This document shows positions 1 to 6,864 of a DNA stretch of 12,954 nt, one piece after another. Below the pieces are notes generated by a model. The model ran no database searches and was not told the origin of the DNA. It worked only from the letters and a program-made list of their open reading frames with translations. This stretch comes from Myxococcota bacterium. GTDB lineage: Bacteria > Myxococcota_A > UBA796 > SXON01. Every line of letters begins with the position of its first letter. The first letter of the stretch is position 1. A program made the translations under genes and the position numbers. The DNA lies in NCBI GenBank assembly GCA_040386535.1, contig JAZKFH010000026.1, positions 78,238-91,191 of the forward strand. The letters run 5' to 3'.

Positions 1-1
1 A

Positions 2-1057
2 GACACCGACTCCGGCGAAGACACCGGCCACGGCGACCCCGGCTACGACCCCGACCGGGACCACGACGGCCTCACCGACCTCGAGGAAGCCGCGCTCGGC
101 ACCGACCCCGAGGACGACGACACCGACGACGACGGGCTGTTCGACCGCCTGGAGGTCGAGACGCTCGGCACCGACCCGACGGTCGCGGACACCGACGGCG
201 GCGGGGCTGACGACGGCGACGAGATGCGCCACGGCACGGACCCGCTCGACGCGGGCGACGACGAAGGGCCTGTCTTCGTGGACCTGGACGCGGACCGGGA
301 CGGCCTGACCGACGCGATCGAGGCCCTGCTCGGCACCGATCCGAACGACGACGACACGGACGACGACGGGCGGCTCGACGGGAGCGAGGACGCGAACGGC
401 GACGGGGCGGTCAGCCCCAACGAGACCGACGCGACCGAGTTCGACACCGACGGCGACGGCCTGGGCGACGGCGAGGAGCTGGACACCTTCGGCACCGATC
501 CCACCCGCGCGGACACCGACGGCGGCAGCGTGAACGACGGCGTGGAAGTGGACCGCGGCACCGATCCGCGTGACGCGGGCGACGACGTGCCGCCGGTCGA
601 GATCGACACGGACCTCGACGACGACGGCCTGACCAACGACGAAGAGGCGGCGCTCGGGACCGATCCGCACGACGCGGACACGGACGGCGACGGCCTGGGC
701 GACGGCGTGGAGGTCGGCACCACCGGCACCGATCCGACGCGCGCGGACACCGACGGCGGCACCGTGAACGACGGCGTCGAGGTGGGCCGCGGCACCGATC
801 CGCTCGACCCCGAGGACGACGTGGAGGAGCAGGACACCGACATCGAGGACACCGACATCGAGGACACCGACATCGAGGACACCGACACCAACGGCAACGG
901 CGGAGAGCTCGGCGCCGTGCGGCCCGATCCCATCGACATCGGGAGCTACGAGGGCGGCGGCGGCTTCTCGTGCTCGGTCACGCCGAACGGCTCGCCCGCC
1001 GGGCTGGTCCTGGGCGCGCTCGCCCTGGCCGCGATCACCCGGCGCCGCCGGTCCTGA
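2..1057 (+). CDS. Cell-surface acidic Ca-binding repeat protein (bacterial TSP3-like DTDGDGLxDGxE...GTDP repeats) with C-terminal MYXO-CTERM-like sorting signal; 5' end lies outside the window
   Basis: The frame of ORF 224..1057 is open from base 2 ([36 protein letters not shown]...). It contains many D-x-D-x-D-G-L-x-D-x-x-E...GTDP units. The C-terminus [34 protein letters not shown] is a Gly-rich/Cys motif, hydrophobic helix and Arg cluster. Confidence 0.9.
   Translation, partial: DTDSGEDTGHGDPGYDPDRDHDGLTDLEEAALGTDPEDDDTDDDGLFDRLEVETLGTDPTVADTDGGGADDGDEMRHGTDPLDAGDDEGPVFVDLDADRDGLTDAIEALLGTDPNDDDTDDDGRLDGSEDANGDGAVSPNETDATEFDTDGDGLGDGEELDTFGTDPTRADTDGGSVNDGVEVDRGTDPRDAGDDVPPVEIDTDLDDDGLTNDEEAALGTDPHDADTDGDGLGDGVEVGTTGTDPTRADTDGGTVNDGVEVGRGTDPLDPEDDVEEQDTDIEDTDIEDTDIEDTDTNGNGGELGAVRPDPIDIGSYEGGGGFSCSVTPNGSPAGLVLGALALAAITRRRRS
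831..887 (+). repeat. 15-bp coding tandem repeat (AGGACACCGACATCG x3 plus a 12-bp partial copy) encoding (DTDIE)n
   Basis: Exact copies at 831-845, 846-860 and 861-875, with a partial copy at 876-887. Confidence 0.95.
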
Positions 1058-1561
1058 TCACGGCTTGGGAGACACGGGAGGCGCGGGCACCGGTCCGCGC
1101 TTCAACATCTTGGTGAGCCCGGCGAGGAACTTGCGCAACACCTGGTCCCCACACGGGCGGTAGTTGGGGTGGTCGTCGCCGCGGAACAAGGCGCGGAGCT
1201 CGGGCTTGGAGAGGGTCATGCCCCCGAGGGTCAGGGCCTGCTCCATGTCCGCTTCGCCCAGCTTGAACGCCACCCGGAGCTTCTTGAGGATGGCGTTGTT
1301 GGTGAGCGCGCGGTTGTCGAACGGCGGGGGCGAGGTTCCCGGCGCCGGCGGCCCGCGCCGCTCGAGGATGAGCGCGTCGAGGAAGGCCCCGAGCACCACG
1401 TTGGGGCACGGGACAAAATCCGGGGCCTCCTCGTCGCGGAGCATGAAGCCGACCTCGTGCTCGGAGATCACCAGCCCGGTGCTCCGGATCATCTCGGCCA
1501 CCTTCGCGTCGTTCACGTCGAGCGCGTACCGAAGCCGCGCGAGAACCCCGTTGTTGTCCAT
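1058..1561 (-). CDS. yehS: DUF1456 / YehS-family protein
   Basis: Two-repeat architecture typical of the family: NNGVLARLRYALD...FVPCPNVVLGAFLDALILERRG and LTNNAILKKLRVAF...LSKPELRALFR..DHPNYRPCGDQVLRKFLAGL. AGGGA lies upstream of the ATG. Confidence 0.88.
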   Translation of the reverse strand: MDNNGVLARLRYALDVNDAKVAEMIRSTGLVISEHEVGFMLRDEEAPDFVPCPNVVLGAFLDALILERRGPPAPGTSPPPFDNRALTNNAILKKLRVAFKLGEADMEQALTLGGMTLSKPELRALFRGDDHPNYRPCGDQVLRKFLAGLTKMLKRGPVPAPPVSPKP

Positions 1562-1627
1562 CCGTCCCTGTTGTCGATGGCGACCCCCTTAAGGGTTGGG
1601 GCGCGGCCATGCGCGCACCGAGGCCTC

Positions 1628-1897
1628 CTACTCCGGCCCCGATCCGTCCGGCGTCGTGTTGCGCGCCTGTCGCTTCAGCTCCCGAAGGTGCCACAGGTAG
1701 AAGCTCTCCACCTTCTCGCGCGCCCACGGCGTCTTGCGGAGGAACTTGAGGCTCGACGCGACGCTGGGCTCGTTCAGGAAGCACTGGATCTTGACCTGGC
1801 GGCCGAGCTCCTCCCAGCCGTAGTGCTCCACCAGCTCCGACACGATGGTGTTGAGCGTGAGGCCGTGCAGCGGGTTCTTGGGTTGTTCGGGGGCCAG
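1628..1897 (-). CDS. VF530 / DUF2132-family small putative DNA-binding protein (start uncertain, see findings)
   Basis: The 3' part of ORF 1628..2293 reads QPKNPLHGLTLNTIVSELVEHYGWEELGRQVKIQCFLNEPSVASSLKFLRKTPWAREKVESFYL, the hallmark sequence of this family. There is no in-frame ATG/GTG nearby; a CTG at 1897 follows GGAGGA. Confidence 0.88.
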   Translation of the reverse strand: MAPEQPKNPLHGLTLNTIVSELVEHYGWEELGRQVKIQCFLNEPSVASSLKFLRKTPWAREKVESFYLWHLRELKRQARNTTPDGSGPE

Positions 1898-1934
1898 GGT
1901 TCCTCCGCGCGCGGGTCCTCTACCTCGTGCTCCG

Positions 1935-2342
1935 TCACCACGCCGTGAGCACGATCCGGCGCGTGTGGGGCTTCGTGCGGTGCTCGAAGAGATACACCGC
2001 CTGCCACGTGCCGAGCGCGAGGCGCCCCGCCACGATGGGGAGCAGGAGCGACGTGGCGGTGAGCGCCGCGCGGATGTGCGAGGGCATGTCGTCCGGGCCC
2101 TCGGCGGTGTGGCGATAGCGCGGGTCGCCGTCGGGCACGGCGCGGCCGAACCAGGCGTCGAGGTCGTGGAGCACGTCGGCATCGGCGTTCTCCTGCACCA
2201 GCAGCGACGCCGAGGTGTGCTGGAGGAACAGGTGCACGAGGCCGTCCCGCACGCCCGACGCGGACACCTGCTGCGCGACGGCGTCGGTGACATCGTGCAG
2301 CCCGCGGCCGGGCGTAGGGAGCGAGAGCGTGGTGCGGAACAT
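1935..2342 (-). CDS. yjbQ: YjbQ / UPF0047 family (secondary thiamine-phosphate synthase-like) protein
   Basis: MFRTTLSLPTPGRGLHDVT...HTSASLLVQENAD..V..DL...YRHTAEGPDDMPSHIRAAL...GRLALGTWQAVYLFEHR. ATG at 2342 is preceded by GGAG. Confidence 0.92.
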   Translation of the reverse strand: MFRTTLSLPTPGRGLHDVTDAVAQQVSASGVRDGLVHLFLQHTSASLLVQENADADVLHDLDAWFGRAVPDGDPRYRHTAEGPDDMPSHIRAALTATSLLLPIVAGRLALGTWQAVYLFEHRTKPHTRRIVLTAW

Positions 2343-2344
2343 GG

Positions 2345-3376
2345 TCACTCCACCATAGGCGCGGGGCGGGACAAGAGTGTGTCGAGCGTGGTGGCGAGGG
2401 CCTCTCCGACGACGCGGGCGCCCTCGACCGAGAGGTGGTTGTTGTCGAAGAACAGCTCCGCGGGCGGCTTGCCGGTGGCGAGCAACGCGGCGGTGGCGGG
2501 GACCACCGTGGCGCCGGCGGGGAGCTCGTGTGCGGGGGCCCGGGACACGACCGCGCCGTTGGCCCAGAGGGGGTAGTCCACGAACACCACCTCGATGCCC
2601 TCGTGCCGGGCGAACGCCGCGATGAGGGCGTGGTTGCCCTCGCCGAGCCCGCCACGCTGTTCCGGCACCCCGGCGCGCGGCACCATCCGCCGCCCCTCCT
2701 CGACGCCCGCCTCGCGCAGGCCGAGCCGCAGCGCGTAGTAGATGCGGCTGGAGAACAACACGTGGCGCACGGCCTCGATGGGGCCCCGGTGCCTCGGCGC
2801 GCGGGTCTCGGTGGCGCTGTCGAACGTCCGACAGTCGATCACCAGCAGATCGGGGCGCCAGTCCACGAGCTTGCCCTCGATCAACCGCAGCGCCTGGAGC
2901 GAGCCGTATCCGGCCACCCCGGCGTCTACGAGCTCGATGGCATGGCCCCCTTTGCGCAGCCGGCGCTCCGCGACCGCGGTGTAGGAGTCGGGCGCGTCCA
3001 GCCCGGCGCCGAAGGTCTGGGAGTCGCCCAGGGTGAAGCCCCGGAGCGTGCCGGCGGGCTTGTCCTTCGGCAGCTCGGCGTAGCGGAACCCGTCGGAGTT
3101 GATGCCGAGGCTCGGCTCGGGCACGCGCGACCAGGTCCACCCCAGGTCGGCGTGGTACCGCATCGCCCCCTTCGCCACGTGCGCGGCCACTACGTCACTG
3201 GGGATGCTCGCCTGGCCCACCTCGCGCACGAGCACGCGCAACACGCCCTCGGCCGCGCCGAGCAGCCCGCAGGCGACGAGCAGGCCGAGCGCCGGGCGCC
3301 GCAGCGGAGCGAGCCGGGATCGCAGCAGGAGCAGGCTCCGGGAGCCGCCGTGACGCCGCCCGCGCGCCGCCCTCAC
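2345..3376 (-). CDS. Membrane-anchored SGNH/GDSL-superfamily hydrolase or O-acyltransferase
   Basis: N-terminal TM (LGLLVACGLLGAAEGVLRV), INSDGFR motif, block I GDSQTFG, block II AGVAGYGS, block V FFDNNH. Probable GTG start at 3376 overlaps the upstream stop (GTGA). Confidence 0.82.
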   Translation of the reverse strand: MRAARGRRHGGSRSLLLLRSRLAPLRRPALGLLVACGLLGAAEGVLRVLVREVGQASIPSDVVAAHVAKGAMRYHADLGWTWSRVPEPSLGINSDGFRYAELPKDKPAGTLRGFTLGDSQTFGAGLDAPDSYTAVAERRLRKGGHAIELVDAGVAGYGSLQALRLIEGKLVDWRPDLLVIDCRTFDSATETRAPRHRGPIEAVRHVLFSSRIYYALRLGLREAGVEEGRRMVPRAGVPEQRGGLGEGNHALIAAFARHEGIEVVFVDYPLWANGAVVSRAPAHELPAGATVVPATAALLATGKPPAELFFDNNHLSVEGARVVGEALATTLDTLLSRPAPMVE

Positions 3377-4812
3377 CAGTAGCCCTCGCGCCGGAGGGCC
3401 TGGCGCTCGGCGTCGGTGAGGGGCCGCTCGGAGCGGGGTGCCTCCGGCCCCGACAGGCGCTCCCGCTCCGCGAGCAGCGCGACCGGCAGCGCCGCGTCGG
3501 GCACGTCCCGCCACACGCCGTCCTCCTCGCGCCGATGGCTCCACGCCCCGCTGAACGTCGCGTAGCGGAGCCACTCGTCGCCGCGGATGAGCACCTCCTG
3601 GGGCCCGCCGGAGGGGAAGCCCCCGCGCACGTCGGCCTGGACGATCACGCCGCGCTCGGGCAGGCGCTTGCCGTGCAGGAGTGGCACGATGCTGCGCCCG
3701 TCGAGGCGGGCGGGCAGCTCGGCGCCCGCGAGCGTGAGCAGGGTGGGGGCGAGGTCGACCAGCCCTACGTCCTGGGACACCCGGCGCCCCGCCTCCGCGG
3801 CGTCGGGCAGGCGCACCAGCAGCGGGACGTGCAGCACCTCGGGCAGCAGGATGCCCTGGTGCCCGATCTGGCCGTCCTCCCCGAGGGCCTGGCCATGGTC
3901 GCCCACGACGACCACCACCGTGCTCTCGAGCAACCCGCGCCGCTCCAGGCCGGCAAGCAGGCTCCCCACGACAGCGTCGGTCCGCGTGATCGCGTGGTCG
4001 TAGAGCGCGGCGACGTGCGCACGCAGCGCCGGGTCGGCCATGAGCTGGGCGAGGAACCACTCGTCCGCGTCGGTCGCCCCCGCGGTGCTGCTGCGCTGCG
4101 ACCACTCCAGCACGCGCGGGTCCAGCTCGGTGCCGGGCACCCCGATCGCGTAGGGGGGATGGGCGTCCTTGAAGTGGGCGAGCGCGAACCACGGCTCGCC
4201 GGCCGCGACGATAGCGTCGAGCAGCCCCTTGTCCCCGGTCGGATCACGCCCTTCGAGGAAGGTGTCGAAGCCGCGCTCCATCCCCTCCCCCACCCGAAAG
4301 CTCGCCCGGCTCGCGACCGGCGCCCACGCGACCGTGTGGTAGCCGTAGAGCCCAAGCACCTCGGGCAGCGAGGGGATCGTGGCGGCGAGCGTGTCCTCCG
4401 GCAGGATCACCCCGGCGTGGCGCGGCAGGAGCCCTGTGAGCAGCGTGGCGTGGCTGGGGAGGGTGAAGGTGGCCGCGGTCCACGCGCGCTCGAAGACCAC
4501 GCCCTCCCGCGCCATCGTGTCCAGGTGGGGCGTGGACCCGCCGGCGTAGCCCCAGGCGCCCAGGTGGTCCGCGCGGACCGAGCAGAGGGTGACGAGGAGG
4601 AGGTTGGGCGGGAGGTCGGGGTCGCGTGGCGACGGGGCCGGCACTTCAGGCGCGGCGACTTCGGAGGGGGCGGCCGGGACCGTGGAGGGGGGCGCGAGGG
4701 TCCGCCACACGCCCACGCCGAGGATGCCGAAGCCCAGCGCGGCGCCGAGTACGAGCACCGGATGACCCGACGCGCGGCGGCGGCCAACTCGCGATCCGCG
4801 CCTGGTGTCCAA
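3373..4812 (-). CDS. Membrane-anchored sulfatase/alkaline-phosphatase superfamily hydrolase or transferase
   Basis: N-terminal TM and Pro-rich linker, then PNLLLVTLCSVRADHL...TPHLD...GVVFERA...TLPSHATLLTG, H..AHPPY, VVVVGDHG, VPLLVRLP, LVDLAPTLL..LDGRS and a C-terminal LRREGY. The TTG start is uncertain. Confidence 0.88.
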   Translation of the reverse strand: MDTRRGSRVGRRRASGHPVLVLGAALGFGILGVGVWRTLAPPSTVPAAPSEVAAPEVPAPSPRDPDLPPNLLLVTLCSVRADHLGAWGYAGGSTPHLDTMAREGVVFERAWTAATFTLPSHATLLTGLLPRHAGVILPEDTLAATIPSLPEVLGLYGYHTVAWAPVASRASFRVGEGMERGFDTFLEGRDPTGDKGLLDAIVAAGEPWFALAHFKDAHPPYAIGVPGTELDPRVLEWSQRSSTAGATDADEWFLAQLMADPALRAHVAALYDHAITRTDAVVGSLLAGLERRGLLESTVVVVVGDHGQALGEDGQIGHQGILLPEVLHVPLLVRLPDAAEAGRRVSQDVGLVDLAPTLLTLAGAELPARLDGRSIVPLLHGKRLPERGVIVQADVRGGFPSGGPQEVLIRGDEWLRYATFSGAWSHRREEDGVWRDVPDAALPVALLAERERLSGPEAPRSERPLTDAERQALRREGYW

Positions 4813-4830
4813 GGTGCCCCCCGCGGGCGG

Positions 4831-4839
4831 ACGGTAGCA
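4831..4839 (-). promoter_or_regulatory. Possible extended -10 promoter (TGcTACCGT) upstream of the sulfatase-like gene
   Basis: The minus strand reads ...cgcgTGcTACCGTccgcccgcggggggcaccTTG and matches TGnTAnnnT. Confidence 0.3.
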
Positions 4840-4867
4840 CGCGCGAACCCGCGTGCCGTGAGGCTGG

Positions 4868-5416
4868 CTACCGCGTGGCGGGGTCCATCCCGCACGACTC
4901 CGCCGGGTTCGACGTCACGTCCTCCGGGCCGAACCCGACGTGCTCCCAGAAGAACGTGTCGAGCGCGGCGCCGTCGAAGCAGCCGAGGAGCAGGCGGTGC
5001 TCCCAGGACGTGGCGGCGACCACCGCGTCCATCGGCGCGGTCGCCGGGGTGAGCAGCGCGCGGCCTTCGGGGAGGGAGCCGACCCACAGGGACAACGTGG
5101 CGAGGTCGTCCGGGTCGAGCGTGGCCGGATCGTAGAGGAACACGACGCCGCCGTGCTCCAGGTTGTGCACCCAATTCTCCGTCGCCACGGCTTCGGTGTG
5201 CACGCCCCACTCCGCCCAACAGGCGTTGTGGTTGCCCGAGGTGGGCGGGTAGCTCGGATACTCCACCCCGCCGGACACGTGGCGGGCCCCGATGGCCGGA
5301 GCAGACTCCTCGAGGCACGCGCCGTCGCAAGCGTCACACGGCTCGCTGGTCTCTTCGGTGACGGGCGCGGGCGCGCCGTCCTTCTCGACACACGCCAGCA
5401 GGAGAATCAGGATCAC
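4868..5416 (-). CDS. DUF3105-like domain lipoprotein
   Basis: HV...[12 protein letters not shown]...WAEWGVH......[14 protein letters not shown] and VAATSW is the typical pattern. The GTG start at 5416 overlaps the moaC stop and follows GGAGG. The N-terminus is MILILLLAC. Confidence 0.82.
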   Translation of the reverse strand: MILILLLACVEKDGAPAPVTEETSEPCDACDGACLEESAPAIGARHVSGGVEYPSYPPTSGNHNACWAEWGVHTEAVATENWVHNLEHGGVVFLYDPATLDPDDLATLSLWVGSLPEGRALLTPATAPMDAVVAATSWEHRLLLGCFDGAALDTFFWEHVGFGPEDVTSNPAESCGMDPATR

Positions 5417-5880
5417 GATGCCCTCCAATGGCCCGACCGGCCGCCGGACTTCTCGAGGAGCCGCACCCCGTCGATGCGGATGCCCCGATCGACGGCCTTG
5501 AGCATGTCATACACGGTCAACGCGGCGATCGTCACGGCGGTGAGGGCCTCCATCTCGACCCCGGTGCGGCCCGTACACCGCGCGGTCCCGACGATGTGCA
5601 CGCCCTCGGCGGTGGCCTCGAGTACCAGGTCGACCCCGTCGAGCGGGAGCGGGTGACACAGCGGGATGAGGTCGGCCGTGCGCTTGGCCCCGAGGATGCC
5701 GGCGATCTGGGCTACGCCGAGCACGTCGCCCTTCTTGGCGCCTTCGCGCACCGCGCGCATCGCCTCGTCCGAGAGCCGCACCCAGCCTTCGGCCGTGGCG
5801 CTGCGCCGGGTGATCTCCTTGTCGCCGACCTCGACCATGCGGGCGTTTCCGGCGTCGTCGACGTGTGTGAGGCGGGTCAT
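5413..5880 (-). CDS. moaC: Cyclic pyranopterin monophosphate synthase MoaC
   Basis: [70 protein letters not shown] and EKSGGRSG. Confidence 0.97.
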   Translation of the reverse strand: MTRLTHVDDAGNARMVEVGDKEITRRSATAEGWVRLSDEAMRAVREGAKKGDVLGVAQIAGILGAKRTADLIPLCHPLPLDGVDLVLEATAEGVHIVGTARCTGRTGVEMEALTAVTIAALTVYDMLKAVDRGIRIDGVRLLEKSGGRSGHWRAS

Positions 5881-5884
5881 GGGG

Positions 5885-6274
5885 CTAGCCTCGGTAGGAC
5901 GGGTGGAGCTTCTCTTCGACGAGGCGGGACCCGAAGCGGAGGTTCACCGCCCGCTTGAGCGCCGCGCGCCGATCGTTGGTGACATAGACGGCGCGGGCGT
6001 CCGCCACGAAGGCGGGCCCGAAGTCCTGGCGGGCCTCGGCGGCGCGGAGCCGATCCTCGACCTCCCAGAGCGCGAGGTTGACCTCGGCCAGGGCGGCGTG
6101 TTCGGGCACCTCCGCGGGGTCGGGCAGCCCCGCTGAGCGCCACGCCTCGCCGAGCGCCGTGTACTCGTCCATCACGACGCTCCGGCGCGCGCTGGGCATG
6201 CGGTCGAGCTTGATGGCGAGGATCGTGAGGCGGTCGAGCACGTCGGCGACCGCGACGGGGGCGTAGAGCAGCAT
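5885..6274 (-). CDS. DUF6165-like conserved protein
   Basis: [17 protein letters not shown]...[42 protein letters not shown]...GS.LVEEK. Confidence 0.82.
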   Translation of the reverse strand: MLLYAPVAVADVLDRLTILAIKLDRMPSARRSVVMDEYTALGEAWRSAGLPDPAEVPEHAALAEVNLALWEVEDRLRAAEARQDFGPAFVADARAVYVTNDRRAALKRAVNLRFGSRLVEEKLHPSYRG

Positions 6275-6278
6275 GGGC

Positions 6279-6327
6279 GCGCCGTACCTATCCCGCGCCG
6301 CCTGTCCCGTGCCGCCTGTCCCATGCC
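6279..6327. repeat. Short intergenic 14-bp tandem repeat (GYGCCGCCTGTCCC)
   Basis: GCGCCGCCTGTCCC at 6295-6308 and GTGCCGCCTGTCCC at 6309-6322, with a degenerate copy GCGCCGTACCTATCCC at 6279-6294. Confidence 0.7.
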
Positions 6328-6349
6328 TCGCCGGGTGCGCCCAGGGCGC

Positions 6350-6775
6350 CTACACCTCCTGGCGGCGCAGCGGCTCCGGGGTCGGCGTGCGCACCGGCGA
6401 GTCCACGCTGACCGGCGTCGGCGCGACCGCCGCGAGCAGCAGCAGCCCGCCGATGATGGCGAGGTTCTTGAACACGTCCGCGGGGTTCGGCCCCGGGCCC
6501 TGGAACGGCCCCACCGGGTGCAGCAGGATCGTGACGGGGACGAGGTAGGCGGCGAGCGTGAGCGCGGCGGGGCGCGTGAGGTGGCCGAGCGCGATGAACG
6601 CGCCTCCGAACATCTCGATGGACGCGGAGAGCACGAGCAGGAGCCCCGGCGCGGGGATGCCCTGGCGGGCGAGGTAGATCGCGGTGGCGTCCCAGGTGAA
6701 GATTTTCTCCAGCCCCGCGGCGATGAACACCAGCGCGAGCATCACCCGGGCGAACGGGTAGACGAGGTTCGGCAT
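6350..6775 (-). CDS. DoxX-family membrane protein
   Basis: ARVMLALVFIAAGLEKI, IEMFGGAFIALG..TRPAA..LA, H, and FKNLAIIGGLLLL. GAGGG precedes the ATG. Confidence 0.92.
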   Translation of the reverse strand: MPNLVYPFARVMLALVFIAAGLEKIFTWDATAIYLARQGIPAPGLLLVLSASIEMFGGAFIALGHLTRPAALTLAAYLVPVTILLHPVGPFQGPGPNPADVFKNLAIIGGLLLLAAVAPTPVSVDSPVRTPTPEPLRRQEV

Positions 6776-6864
6776 GTAGCGCCCTCCCTCTGGTTGAACC
6801 CGGCGCGGGGCCCGGCTGATCCGGCCGCGGAGCGGCGTTTCAGGCGGCGCCCGGGCCCTTTCCT

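Noticed and set aside
43..939. Ser/Pro-rich 298-aa minus-strand ORF
   Set aside because: It is the antisense mirror of the Asp-rich repeat gene (GAC read as GTC/TCG)
1935..4192. Long N-terminal extensions of yjbQ (to 3140) and of the SGNH gene (to 4192) in the ORF track
   Set aside because: The extensions overlap upstream genes in other frames and are low-complexity. Starts at 2342 and 3376 fit the RBS and overlap evidence.
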